Source of the DNA: Sarea resinae
Taxonomy: Eukaryota
NCBI GenBank assembly: GCA_026026165.1
Contig: JAPEUD010000026.1
Coordinates: forward strand, 1-64,000
DNA: 64,000 nucleotides
Direction: 5' to 3'
Numbering within the stretch: the first letter of the stretch is position 1; every line of letters begins with the position of its first letter. The notes under the pieces were generated by a model that saw only the letters and a program-made list of their open reading frames with translations, was not told the DNA's origin and did not search any database. A program made the translations under genes and the position numbers. Below are positions 1 to 12,731 of this stretch, in pieces.

Positions 1-64
1 GGGGGGGGGGGGGTACGGGAGGGCGGTCTTGACCATGCACTAACGCAAACACCCCTTCTCACAG

Positions 65-411
65 GCCAGGGAACAACTGCCTCCATAATCGGTCCGCTTT
101 TCTCCATCGGCACAGGCTTCCAAGGGTCGCTGATATCGGCCTTTGCGCGATTAAACCTGGACCACGTCGTCGACGACCTCAACGAAGAAACGCTCGGGCC
201 GTGGGCGGAGCTGCTCGCGGCGGCGAACATCACGCGGCCGGGGCCGCTAAGTCCCTTTATGGAGAAAGAGCTGCTCAAGGACACGGATCTGAGTCTGGAC
301 GGGTCGCGGTTCGAGAGCGTGACTGGGTTCAAGTACGAGAAGGAGAGCATGACCAAGGAGGAAGTCGAGAGCATCGTGGAGAGCTATAAGCGCATGGGCT
401 GGTGGCCGTGA
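65..411 (+). CDS. Last exon of a probable NAD-dependent epimerase/dehydratase family protein (5' part outside the window)
   Basis: CTAAC branch point and CAG acceptor at 62-64. Frame reads QGTTASIIGPLFSIGTGFQGSLISAFARLNLDHVVDDLNEETLGPWAELL...PGPLSPFMEKELLKDTDLSLDGSRF...YKRMGWWP* (TGA 409-411), which resembles the C-terminus of fungal extended-SDR proteins. Confidence 0.7.
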
Positions 412-577
412 ATTGAATCGAATTGGATCCATGGTTGAGTGTGGGTTGTGTGTGGGTGAAAAAACGAATCGGCGGGAAAGGGGGAAAGGGGTGGAAGGGG
501 GAAAGGGGTGGAAGGGGGGGAAGGAGGAAGCGTGGAGTTGTATAGATTGGACTGGGCGGTTTCGTATCTACATGTTG

Positions 578-1270
578 TCTCTCTCTCTCTCTCTCTCTCT
601 TTCCGTCGGGCGGTCAGGGCTGCTGTATTTCTCTCTCATCTCTCGGTCGATCCATCGATCCATCATCTCCTTATTCACTCACACGCGGAAGAGCGTTGCG
701 TTGCGTTGCGTTGCGTTGCGTTGCGTTGCGTTGCGTTGCGCCCAGCTTGGGTGCTCCTTGCTCCCTTTATCATGTTTCTTATTCCCAATTCCCCTCCCCC
801 TCCGCCTCTGGCCCGCGGGAGCCAAACGAGCCGCACATATATATCCCCTTTTTTTTTTCCGGCGCCGCAAGCAAGCAAGCAAGCATGCAAGCAATCAGCA
901 AAAAAACGATATCCACGGTCATCGTCATCTTCGGTCCGCACCTGTCATCGTCCACGTCCTCGTCGTCATCATCGCTATCGTCCTTGTCATCGTCCTCGTT
1001 ATCACCATCGCCATCAGCGTCATTGTTAGCGTCATTGTCATTGTCCTGCATCCCATCCCATCCCATCCCATTCTATTACATATATACCAGCTCTATCCCT
1101 ATCCCATCCCTATCCCTGTTGCGCCCCCCATTCCCTTTTAATAATCTCATACATACATACCCACCGTGCCCATATCCATATCCATATCCATATCCATATC
1201 CATATCCATATCCAAGTCCATGTCCCGAAAACGGAAGGATAGATAGCTAGATAGGTAGATAAATAGGTAG
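578..1270. repeat. Microsatellite cluster between convergent genes
   Basis: (CT)n about 578-600, (GTTGC)n 693-740, (GCAA)n about 866-890, (CCATAT)n 1169-1212, (TAGR)n about 1240-1270. Confidence 0.9.
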
Positions 1271-1868
1271 ATAGTAGCAGCAACCAAGATATCTGATATG
1301 CCTTCTTTTCTTTTTTTCTAGATTTTATTCAAGGAGTGGAGAAAGAGGGGGGGTCAGACGTGAGGGTGAGGATGACTGGTCGTCCTTTTGCTGAGAGCTC
1401 GGTATGTGTTTGGCTTGTCTTGTTCGTGTGGTGTGGTGTTGCATTGCGGTGTATGGCGGTGTATGGTGCTGTATGGTGCTGTATTGATGAGAGGACACGA
1501 CGGGTGATCGTGTCGATGTCTGTGTCGATGTCTGTTGGTGTCGGTGTCTTTATCGGTGTCGGTATCAGAGAAAAGGAGAGGGAGAAGGAGAAGGACAAGG
1601 AGCAAGACGAATGGATAACCCTATCACTCACGATGTTATCCCGACGAGCTAGCAGACTCTATAAGGCGTATCTATCAACTACTATACGGATCTATCCGAT
1701 CTACTACTGACGAGAGCATAATATCGCCCACCTACAGGAAGAAGAAACACCGGAAAGAAAGACAGGAGAAGAAAGGCGATAGAAGAAAGCGGCAACAGCC
1801 ATGCGTCGTTTGGAGGAAGATAGTCAGAGAAGAATGCAAGCCCAACAAGACAAGACCCCAGGACACAA

Positions 1869-4800
1869 CTACGAGGCCCCCTCCGCAGAGTCCACCTCGC
1901 CCTTGATCTCGCCAATCAACAACTTCTCGACCTCGGCCTCGACCTCCTTGGCCGACTTGCCCTCTCCCTTCAGACCACCCTCGCCACTGACCCGATCGTC
2001 GAGCTCCATCTTTGCCCCTCCCAGCCTCAAGATCCTCTCCTCCACCGTGCCTCGGACCACCAGTCTCGTGACCTCGACTGCCCGGAGCTGTCCCACCCGA
2101 TGCGCCCGGTTCTCCGCCTGCACGTCCTCCTGCGGATTGAAGGACTGGTCGAAGATGACGACTTTGTTCGCGCTGGCGAGATTGATCCCACTGCCACCGG
2201 CTTTGGTGGAGAGCAGGAAGACAGTGATCGAGGGCGTGGTGTTGAATTCGTCAATCATCGTCTGCCGTGCGGCTATGGGTGTTTGGCCGTCGAGACGAAA
2301 GAAGGGAATGTCAAGGGTTTGGAGGACCTGCTCCAAGATGTCGAGGACGAGGGTGAACTGCGAGAAGCAGAGGGCGCGGTCGCCGTGGGCTTGATAGTGT
2401 CGTAGAAGTGGAGCGAGAGTGTTGATTTTGCCCGAATCCATCCATTCGGAGTTCTTGAGGGCGTAGGCGCCGAGATGTGTTGGGTATTCCTCGCAGAGTT
2501 TGTGCAGTTGAAAGTCCGACATGAATTCCATCTCCTCGTAGACAATGTCGGGGTCGCTATCACGAAGCTTGCTTTCCTTGATAGAGTCCCGGGACATTTT
2601 TCGGATAAGATCATCAGTGTAGAGACGGCGGAAGAGCAGCGGGTGAATGGCAGCTTTGCGGAGCTGCATCATGACATTTGCACTGCTATCCTTTTCCGGT
2701 TTCTTGCCTGCTGCGCGTGCAGCGATTGCCTCTCTGGCTTCAGCTTGCTCGTGGAAATAAATGGCGGCTTGTGCTTCGGTCATGTCACAGTATTCGACGA
2801 GGCATGTCTTTTTGGGCAGATGCTTGAGGACTTGGTGTTTCTTCCTTCGCAGAACAAAAGGCGTCATCATGGATTTGGCGCGGGCGATGCGTTGGGCTGA
2901 TAGAAGTGCGGCGTGGCTTTCGTCTGTCGTGGATGCCTTGTGCTTGAAGATACTCTTCAGATCTTCAGCTCGCTCTTTGAAGACGGCAGGTAAGATGAAA
3001 CCTAAAAGGGCCGCGAGCTCTTCAAGATTATTTTGAAGTGGCGTCCCGGTAAGAAGTAAGCGGAAGCGGGCTGGGATTCTCATCAATTGCTCATATCTCT
3101 TAGACTGGCTGTTTTTGAGAAGATGTCCTTCATCATATACACAGACCTAGGTTGGTCAGCTATGCACAATACGGAGCCGGTAATACACGAAAACTGACCA
3201 CTGGTTTCTGTCTGCGCAAGAACTTGCTATCATCCTTGTTGGTTGCCATGTCATATGTAGTGACGATGACATTGATGCGATCTCTATTAGCCTCGATATT
3301 CTCACGGATTCCGAATCGTTCGTTTTGCAAACCTGCCACACGAACGTGAGTTATGATCGAATCAAATCTCGATGTCAGGCTCACCGTAGTATGGCTCCAC
3401 CACTAACTCCGGGCAAAAGTTTTGGAACTCTATCAACCAATTCTCGAGCGTCGATCCGGGGACAATGACCAGATGTGGACCCTTGATGCCAGTCTGATAC
3501 AGATGAGCCAGAAAGGAAATGACTTGGCAAGTTTTCCCCAGCCCCATCTCGTCTGCTAATATGCAGCTCAGATTCTTTTCAAAGAGCAAAGCAAGCCAAT
3601 TCAAACCGACGATCTGGTAGTCTTTGAGTGTTATGTCTTTCGACATGATCGAGGGCTGTTGAATAAATCTCGTACTCCTTCCCTTGCTGGGACGACCGCT
3701 TCCTTTTACCTGTTCGTCTACCTCATCGTCGGCAGACGTCGTTGAGCTGGATGGAGTGCCCACTCCGGAATCGCGTGCATCCTCTAAAGATACCATTTCG
3801 AGTTCACCGTTTCTGGCAGCACCAAAAACATCAAAGCCCCATTTCTTCATCTCCTCAGCCACCGGTTTGCCTAAAGCTTCACACTTGTACACGAGCTCAT
3901 CAACAGCTTCATAGCCAGCCCACATCTCGACACATATATCCACAATCTTGTCTCCGATTGTCCTCTTGGTCGCCTTTCGCTTTCCTCGCTGGTTGGTAGT
4001 AGTCTCAGCCGTTATCTGTCGGATCTCTTCAAGATTGGAAAAAGGCTTCTGTGATAAGATGACGCTGGCGATCTCCTGAGTCGTGTTGGAGATATCAGCC
4101 AAGTCCTTTGCTGAACATGTATTGAAAAAGCTGAGGACTTTGCGGTCGAGCTCTGTATCTTCTTCAGCCAAGGAAGCTACTCCAGAGTCGGAGTCCTCGT
4201 CGTCCGGAACGGGCGATTTCGTGCGCGTCGGTAGAGGCTTAGGAGATTCGACCGCTGAAGATGATGGGGCTTTTCGGCCTTGCACTAATTTCCGTCGGGG
4301 CTTTGGTGTCGGACGTACAGGCGACGTTTGAGCTGGCAGGCCTTGAGTAGAGGACCACTTGTCTTGAATCGACCGAATTGGAGCCTTGACTTGCTGTTTG
4401 GCCAATGTCTTCCCGGGCCGCTGCTGGCGCCCTTGGCGCTCGTCATCCGACAATGTAAGGTCCATTGCCTGATTGTGCTCAAGTTGCGAGGCAACTAGTT
4501 CCAAGGCATCATCAAAGTTGCCTTTCTTGGTAAGGAGAGCAGTTTTACACGAGGTGATGCTTAAAGTCGGAAAGACGTTTCGGATTTTTATTATCTTCTG
4601 TCGTAGGTAATAATCAGTGATATCTGCAATTGTTATATCTTCAACTGGCATGGCTTTCGCAGGGCCGGTTTGTCTTCCTTGGTTTGGTGGCCGTGTAGTA
4701 GCAGTCCTCGACGACTTGTTGCTCTCATCTCGGTTCCTGGAATCAAAGACAGAGCCGGACAAGGTAGAGCCACGGCTCTTACTCTTGTTGTTGCTTTTGT

Positions 4801-5485
4801 CTCCAGGGTTGTAGAACGATTGGGAAGTGATCTGCTGAAATTTGGCTAGGCTCGCACTGGGAGAGTCCTCAATACGGTCTGTCGCTCCATCCCCTCCAGA
4901 TATCGTTCGCCCACCTTTTGCGAAAGTTGACGGTTTTATGTCTGCCGTTTTGCTGGTATCCGCGTCATCGGAGGAAGAATCGGCATGGTAGGTGGGACCA
5001 TCATCGTCGCTGATATCGATCACAGGTTGTTTGGGAGGGGCCCTTCGTATCCCAAAGGGTGGTCGGAAAGCTGTCCCGGCGGGAGCCATTGCGTTGGCAA
5101 GGATGCCTCCACTACTAGTGGTTGGCGCCGTGACTGTGGTCTGCGTAGTATCTGCTGGTCTGAAGGGGGAAGACGCTGCGACCTGTACAACTGAAGATTT
5201 GCGAGTCGTCGAATCAGGCGTCTGTGCCGGTTTATCTATGATCTGTGTAGGCTGCGTAACATAAGCCGGAGAAGAGAGGATCGTCTCTCTGTTGGCTTGG
5301 GGAGGCGTCTGCGGTCTGGTCCAGGGGACTGTTTCCACCGTGTCGTACTCATTGAAGAGTTCATCTCCACTATCCTCCTGCGAGTTGTAGCCTTGACTCA
5401 ACTGGGAGGCACTGGGCGAGAGCTTTCTCCGTTTCGCCGCCAAGCTTGATACCCCTTGGGGCTCACACATACGGCTGGGAGCCAT
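1869..5485 (-). CDS. FUN30: SNF2-family chromatin remodeler, Fun30/SMARCAD1/Fft subfamily; exons 5485-3385, 3332-3199, 3146-1869
   Basis: Motifs [42 protein letters not shown] and [14 protein letters not shown]-like segment ([11 protein letters not shown]). Two 52-nt GT-AG introns restore the frame. Confidence 0.93.
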
Positions 5486-5837
5486 GATGGAAGCGATGAG
5501 GACTGCTCACGAGCAGCGCAAAGAATGGAAGTGATAAGATTCTGCAAAGCGAGCCAAGGGCCAGAGCAGCGAATAAAGTACGGAGTAGACGGCAGGCGAA
5601 GAGTGGCGATCCTCTGGGCCTCTATGAATCGTTGGATTGCAAGAAGCGCAGCTACCAAAAATGAGTCAAGAGAAGTGTTATGCGAGCCAGAATCGTCAGA
5701 ACAGGCAAAAGCTTGGCCTCAAAAGCACAGGCAAACGAAGGCCTTCAGACGGACACTTGCAGCGTGGCCGTTGCCATTCATTGTCGTGGCGTCGTGGTAA
5801 ATTCTCGGAGGTGGTAGATAGCCGTATCGCCAAAAAT

Positions 5838-5848
5838 ACGCGTCGCGT
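5838..5848. promoter_or_regulatory. MCB element (ACGCGT) with adjacent CGCGT upstream of FUN30
   Basis: ACGCGTCGCGT about 350 nt upstream of the ATG. MCB is the known G1/S MBF site in ascomycetes. Confidence 0.45.
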
Positions 5849-6811
5849 CATCGATCAAAGCGAGCCACTTTCGACAGCCAGACGGAAATTGCCTTGCCTC
5901 CAGGGGCGTTCCGTTGACTGCTGGAAATTGCATCGACGTGACTACGACAAGAGAGTCAAAAGCTGCCAGTATTGATCAATCAAGTCTCTAAATTTTATGA
6001 TGGTTCTCTCTTCATTGCTTCCGTATATCTTTCTCTAGCACCCACACTCCTCAGGGGTCGAGAAGGCTCTCGATACGCATGACAAACTAGACTGACTCTT
6101 TGTTTTCTCTTTCATCTTCATCCTCTAAGCAGTATCTTACAGTCACTACGCCTACCATAGACACGAAACAAATTCAAAAGAGTCAGAACGGCAGAGAAGC
6201 ATCTCCTAGGTACCTGTTTCTGCAAGGAGAAGTCCTTCTCCTAGGAACAGTGAAGGGCAGAGAGCAAAAAGGGGTGAAGTCCCAGCAATAGAACCGGAGA
6301 GAAAGCCTAGAAACAATGCCTTTCTGATGCTCTAAATAACCCAGCGTGACTGTATTCCTGATATTGAATGCTATATTCTGAATCTCGATCTTGAATTCGG
6401 CTCTTGGTAGATTCGACGTCAGTGAATACTACGGCTCATGTCACCACGGCTAAGACCATGCATTCCAACCAGAATCTGGCTGTTTGGTGCAAAGTAATAT
6501 CGCGGTCATCTGCTACATATAAGGAGAGAAGGTGATAGATATGCTATATTCAGTCAAAGATGCAAAAAACGGACCGACCTCTGCCGCCGAAGCCGCTACC
6601 CTAGACGGGCTCATGGACGCTCTGGGCTCCTCCATGTGCGCACTCCTACTAGTGATACACGAGTGACCTCACGCAGCCTCGCAGCCCTGGCAGCCCTACG
6701 GCGAAACCAAAACACCACCAAAACACCACGAACGTCCAATCCAATCCCATCCGCCTTGCTCACCACCGTTCCCCTTCCCCTCTTGTTCCCATAGTACTAA
6801 AAAGAGCAACC

Positions 6812-7421
6812 ATGTCATCACGCCGGATCCTCGCGTCCGAGAAGACGTTACTCGAGAAAGACGACCGGAACGCCCTGACGCCCTCGGCGGCGGAGAAATC
6901 GAACATCACTCCCGCCGTGCCTGCGTAAGACAATCCATCTCCTGCCTATCCCATCCACTCAGGTCATCCTCTTTCCAGAGCCACTTTACCTCATCTCTCA
7001 GCTAGCCAAGCTAACACCTCGATCCTCCTAACAGATCCGTGATCATCAAACTCCTCGGCTTCACCTTTGCCATGATCTGCGGCCCCATCGGGATCTACTT
7101 CCTGACGCTCAATACTGTATTTCAAGGTATATCATCTCACTCCTCTGCCCCGCACATCTGAACACACACACGCGTTCTCCACCCATCCTTCCATATTCCT
7201 TCTCCGCAAGAACTTCCCTCCCCCAGAAAACCAAAAACAAAGGGAAACCCCAACTGACGCCCCCATCCCCGCCGCGAAAAAAAGGCAACAGCACACTCTC
7301 CGGCGCCACAGCAGCGGTAACGGCAAACGTGGTCCTGATAGCATACATCCTGGTCGCGGTCCGCGAAGACCAGAGCGAGAGTCTAGCCGCAGCGGCCGAG
7401 AAGGAGAAGAAATCAGAGTGA
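6812..7421 (+). CDS. VMA21: V-ATPase assembly factor Vma21, 3 exons
   Basis: Spliced product MSSRRILASEKTLLEKDD...NITPAVPASVIIKLLGFTFAMICGPIGIYFLTLNTVFQGNSTLSGATAAVTANVVLIAYILVAVREDQ...EKEKKSE*. Two TM segments and a C-terminal KKxx ER-retrieval motif. Confidence 0.92.
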
Positions 7422-8371
7422 AATGATGAATATCGACATGGGATGGGATGGATGTGTGTGTGTGTTGCCACACACGCTGCACTTTTCATATCTTCTGCTT
7501 TCTCTTTGCAGAGAACATGCTTTCTTCGATTTTCAAAGTGCATTTTCGGTCCAGAAAAAAATATAAAGGGCGTGCAGGGGGGAAGGCGTTCGGGAGCGAG
7601 GGAGCGAATATATCCTCGGCTTTTTCTGGCTTTCTTTTCGAATGTGAAGATACTACTCCTAACTATCACCTGTCTGTATTGGGAGACTCTCGGGATTGCT
7701 GGTGATGCCACGATAGCTCACCTGTCCTGTCATAAGCTACCACTCCGGCGACGAGGGCGCCCATCATCTTACTAATAATACCATCATCATCGATCACGAC
7801 GATTATACCTTCATGACACACCTCATCTCGGTCAGGCCAGGCCGAAAACCATCTTTTCGAAGATCCAGCTGACGTATGCACGCACGCGCGCGCGTGCGTG
7901 GTTGTGTGTGAGAGAGTGAGAGAGGGGGAGAGAGAGCACGAGTCTTCGCGCATTCATTTAATTACGTCTATGCATTATGAGTCGGGCTACTCGGGAAGAA
8001 CAAAGGGAGAAATTAGGTACAGGAAACGGAGACAAGGAAGCAGGTGCCACTAAAACAACGAGCAGCAGCAGTCCTTAGAAGGCCCCAGCAACGCCGCATG
8101 CGCCTCGGCATTCATTAGGATCTGATGGAGAGAGAGAAGAAGACTCCCACCCTGATTTAGTTGCTCGAGATTCGTGTGAAAGGAAGACATGAGCATCCTG
8201 TCATATGCAGAGGATTCAACGCCGGGTATGCCGATGAAGGTGGTCCTCCGTATGAGGCATTTCGCTATCAACCAAAGGAAAGTAGAGAGTAAAATTCGAT
8301 ATCGTCGCGCCGTAATGCGACAAATAAGGTAATCGCTTGCTTCGTGCACACGTCGCCCATCATAGGCGCCT

Positions 8372-10082
8372 TCATGATTTGCTAAATCGCTTTTTCAGCC
8401 AGCTCTTGCGCTTCCCGCCAATCTCAGGTCTCTTTTCCGCGGGGATGGTTGGAGCAGTAGGAGTGGCCGTCGAAGCGGAGTAATCCGAATCGCCGCCAAG
8501 CTTGATCACCGGTCGTTGCGGTGCTGCGCCATTTGGCATACCTTGAGGAGGCATATAAGGCGGAACACCGTTGCCCGCCGGGAAACCGTACTCTGCTCCG
8601 GGAGGAGCCTGCGCGCCTGGGCCAGCGTAACCTGCTGGGCCGTATGCTGGATTGCCATTGCCCTGGCCTGCAAGTTGCGGTTCGCCCCCGAATCCGTTGA
8701 ATCCGTACTCTTCGCCAAGATCTGCCTTGGCAGGTTGCTGCATTTTGTCCATGGAGCTGTTCTCACTGCTAGGATCCGTGGAATTTCCCCACTGATCAGT
8801 AGCATGACTTCCGGTTGAAGCGCCGGTGTTCACCGTGTCATGTGACTGCTGATAATTGTGAGTCGGATAAACGCCCGGGCCATTGCTGTATCGGTTTAGC
8901 ATGGTATCAGAATGCATGCGCTGTCCATAGCGATTGCGTCCTGCTTGACCGGACTGATTTGGCGATGGAGAAGCGTAGCCATCGACGAAGTCTGGACCGG
9001 CCGGTCCAGTCCTGTCTTGGGGGAAGCGACCAGAACCATTGTTGTTGACCCCTGTTGAAAAAAAAGAAGCGATTTTCGTTAGCAAGCGAATCTATAATAA
9101 GCAAAAGCTAACCAAAACTTGGACGTGCGAGCTGTCAGGGTACAACGAAATAGCGGGACAGAGATACAGGACGGGAAGTAGCGAGGAAAGTCCCGGGACT
9201 CAGAAACCCGATTTCCGCGCCCGAGAGACTTATCGGCGTAACAAGTGGGCTGTTACGACGCGCGGCCGCCATGCGTCGAACACCCACGGACGCCGATTCA
9301 TTTCTACAGAGTGATAGCCAATTGTAGAAGACAGGGAAATAACTCCGAAAAAAAGAAATTTCGAGAATCGTACAATCAGGGAAAAGAGGTGAAAGAAAAA
9401 AAGGATAGACGTACCCTGGTAATAACTTCCTCGACGGCTGCTAGGTCCACCACTGAAGGCATCAAATGATTCTGGAATTTGGTCAGTACGCTCGCCTCGG
9501 ATTGTGTCGTTGCAGTAGGGAGAAAACGGTACCCGAACGACCGACTTTGTCTCTAGAAGAGGAAGAATAGCCCGGTCCATAAATTGCAGCCTCAAATGAG
9601 CGGATTGTATCGAGTGGGCGCTCCCACCGGCTACGGGTAGGGTTGGATCGATCAGGTTCAGCTGCAGGGTAGATCAGTATATCTGCTCTGGCATTGAACT
9701 GTTAAGGTCTTGTCAAACGCACCGATCGGATTGCCATTGGCATCCTTGTATTGATAGTTTCGAAGAGATTCGAGATTAGACTTTGTGTGAGCCATGACAG
9801 CTGTTTCAAGGTCAGCATTGGCACCGTTTGACCGTCCCACGCAGGTCGTAGAGGCCCGAGAAACTGGGAGAGCGGCAATAGACAGTCATGCTTACAGGGT
9901 TCTTGTTCAGAGATAGCAACTGATGGATCGGCTTTGGTATTCAAGTGGTGCGCCGTCCTTTCTGCCGCGCTCTCCGTCAAATTATTGTGGCCACCAGATC
10001 CCGTGCTTTTGTGGCTTTTCTCGGACTTGTGGCTCTTGAAGCTGAAGGTCGACTTCGACCGCGGCCGCTGTGTCTCCATCAT
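8372..10082 (-). CDS. DUF2406 family protein, 5 exons
   Basis: KADPSVAISEQEP ... YKDANGNPIAEPDRSNPTRSRWERPLDTIRSFEAAI matches the DUF2406 pattern; basic tail KRKSWLKKRFSKS. Four GT-AG introns, the last at 9052-9414. Confidence 0.85.
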
Positions 10083-12731
10083 TGGGAATGCTGCGTGGAT
10101 CGCTGTCCTCGGACTAGGGTCAATTATATTTGCTGCTCAAATGCACACCGAGTGAAAGTGATGAGGGAAAGCGAGTGTTGTTGAATATCGATGCTGCAAG
10201 TAATATAGGATCTTCAGGATACTGGACGAGGGCTGAGCTGGCTGGCCTTCATAAACTAGCGTCACTAGAGATCTTCGGGCGAGGATGGGAACTGGGTGAT
10301 AGCTCGAGATTGTTGGCGAGGCAGCTGTACAGTACGTGTCCGGGGTATGGGTAGCGAGAGACGGGTGCGGAGAAGATGCAGTGAATGCGCAAAATGGAAT
10401 TGCTATTGTCGTTGAAGCTCAATCGGATAGAGAGAGAGAGGGCTTCAGATGGAAAAACAGGTGTAATATGGTACAGCAAGAGGATGGCGGGTGGGAGATG
10501 TTGAGAGAAAGAGAAAACAAGAGTGAGAGTCAGCGCAGGATGGGGGGGGGGTGGGCAGTGATGGCGGGATGGCGGGATGGCGAAGGTACTTCAATAATGA
10601 GAAAGGCCCGATATAGCAGTCAGTAAGTCAGTCAGTCAGTCAGTGATGAGTGAGTGAGTGAGCGAGTGAGCGCGTGCGTGTGTGCGTGGACAGTCTACTC
10701 TAGGTGGTACCTGGTATGGATTAGATGGGGGTAGCAAGTATCCATACGGAGTACGTCGTAGTAGGGATGGCGATGCAGTACGCGCAACGGTTAGTAGAGA
10801 GGTGAGAGGTGAGAAGTGAGAGGTGTGAGGTGTGAGGTGAGAGCAGCAGAGGACAGCTAGCAAGGAATTAGGCTCCAGCTCCAATGCGATGGATGTGCTA
10901 AGGGAGAACTAGTCCTCCGCGTGCGTAAAGTAGCCAAAAGTACCCAGCCAAGTCGATTATTCGATAAGGATGGATCCCGCCGCCACTTCGAATGAGAGAT
11001 GCTTGTTCGGTGTGATGAGACTCGTCCGCGGTGCTACTGCACTACTTGCAGTAGGAGTACCTGAGGTACCTTAGCTTAGCACCTGGGTACCTTCCCTTGT
11101 GTTGATATCTGCCCTGCCCTGATACCTGATCCCTTAGAGTCAGAGCGCCAGGGCTGGCTACTAGTACCTTAGTTGACATCCAGGTTGTCTGTCTGTCACT
11201 GGCACTGAGGTACTTGTCCATCAATTGACTGACTGACCGACTACTGCGTACTGACGACCGACTGACTTCAGACGTGCCTTGGGATCGCCTGGAGGGCAAT
11301 TGACATCCAGACTCTCCCTCTCGCTCTATTGCCTACCTAGGTATCTACTGCTGTACTGTCCGTTATGATCCAACTTGCAAAAGGGTCCATCGATCGATAC
11401 ATTATCCAGATGTTGGTACCTGATGAGCTATGAAGTTACCTCAATGCTTGTATCTTACGGCGAACTCTCTCTCCAAAGCGCCGTGATCCGTGATGGGTTC
11501 GGAAGGAACAGACACGGTACGTACTCCCTTCCACCTGTGCCCCAACACCAGTGCCACTAGAGTACTACGTAGAGTCCCTCCTGCGACTGGGAAGTCCCAG
11601 GAAGATCGTCAAAATCCACTAAATTTAAAGGTAAATGGTCTCCACCAACGTGGAGGGAACTAAGTCTGGGACGGGGAGCATCATCATCATCATCATCGCC
11701 TTCGTCCTCGTCGTTCAAGGGACGCGCAATATATTGCATCCGTACCTAATCCATCCAAGTTGCGAATTGAAGACAATCGAGCCATGTTCGTGGCATCACA
11801 TTGATACCGATATATCCCCCGATCCTCACTCCTTTTTCCTCTCCATTATTGCCCGGAAGCGATGGACTTCAATAGGTGCCCGTCTCGTCTCCATATCCAA
11901 ATGCGGCTGACGGCTCCCACGGAAGTCCAACTTCCCGAGAGCTTGACCATCACGTCTCGTCTCTCGGTCTCGGCCGCGGAGAGTCTGGCCTGCACAGGAA
12001 ATCATCTCATCGTCTCACTGTCCCTCGTCGGATTGGCTGCGACCGTCTTACTCTACGAAGTACGGTGGAAAGGTACGGGGATAAACTGCAATCGAGCCTG
12101 ATCGATCGTACCTTGGTACCTTGCCGACCTGCTTCTCTATTTTGTGGACTACTTTACCTTACTGTTTCGTCCATTTTGCCGTTCGCTGGGGAAACTGGAG
12201 AGACCGCTGCGCAGAAGTCTTGCCAGGATCCTGGATCCTGGATGCGGGAGTTGTCCGTCCTTAGTAGTAGTAGTAGAGTAGGGCTATCTCTTAGGTTGTC
12301 AACCTTGGACCTTCCAGCCACCTGCACACTGAGACATACACACTCTCACGGTCGCATTTGGCCAAGTTTCTACTCTACAAATAACTTCCCTGTCTTGCCC
12401 ATTCCCGTCGACATACGTCAGGGTGGGAGACCGCTCTAAGTGCCTAGCACTCTAAGGCATGCAGCTCTACGCAAAACCCCAATTCCGGTAAAGAGGCGAA
12501 AGGGGTCCCTGATCTGCCGATCACGCCACGCAGAAATGTTTGGAACTGAATCTCGTTTGGTGGAATGTACAATCGGGTGCGACAACAAGCTTTGGAGCGA
12601 TCCTGATGATTGGGACTAATATCCCCCAGACTAGAACCATCCACCCATCAATGATCCCGTAAGAGGTTCATGTCCCGCTGGCATCTCCGTCGTATTTGTC
12701 CCATAAAGATTCGCATGCGGCTCTGAAGTTT

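Noticed and set aside
1..13. Poly-G run at the window start
   Set aside because: Lies inside an intron at the window edge; cannot be separated from a homopolymer or assembly artefact.
413..1710. Multiple ORFs of 60-240 aa
   Set aside because: Low-complexity translations of microsatellites in a convergent intergenic region.
9183..9255. GAGGAAAGTCCCGGG resembling RNase P/MRP conserved region I
   Set aside because: No properly spaced CR-V/P4 partner downstream; G-U pairing favours the opposite strand.
12602..12726. Possible C/D snoRNA (CTGATGA ... CTGA)
   Set aside because: Antisense to the RPL33 3' UTR; no terminal stem or recognisable guide.
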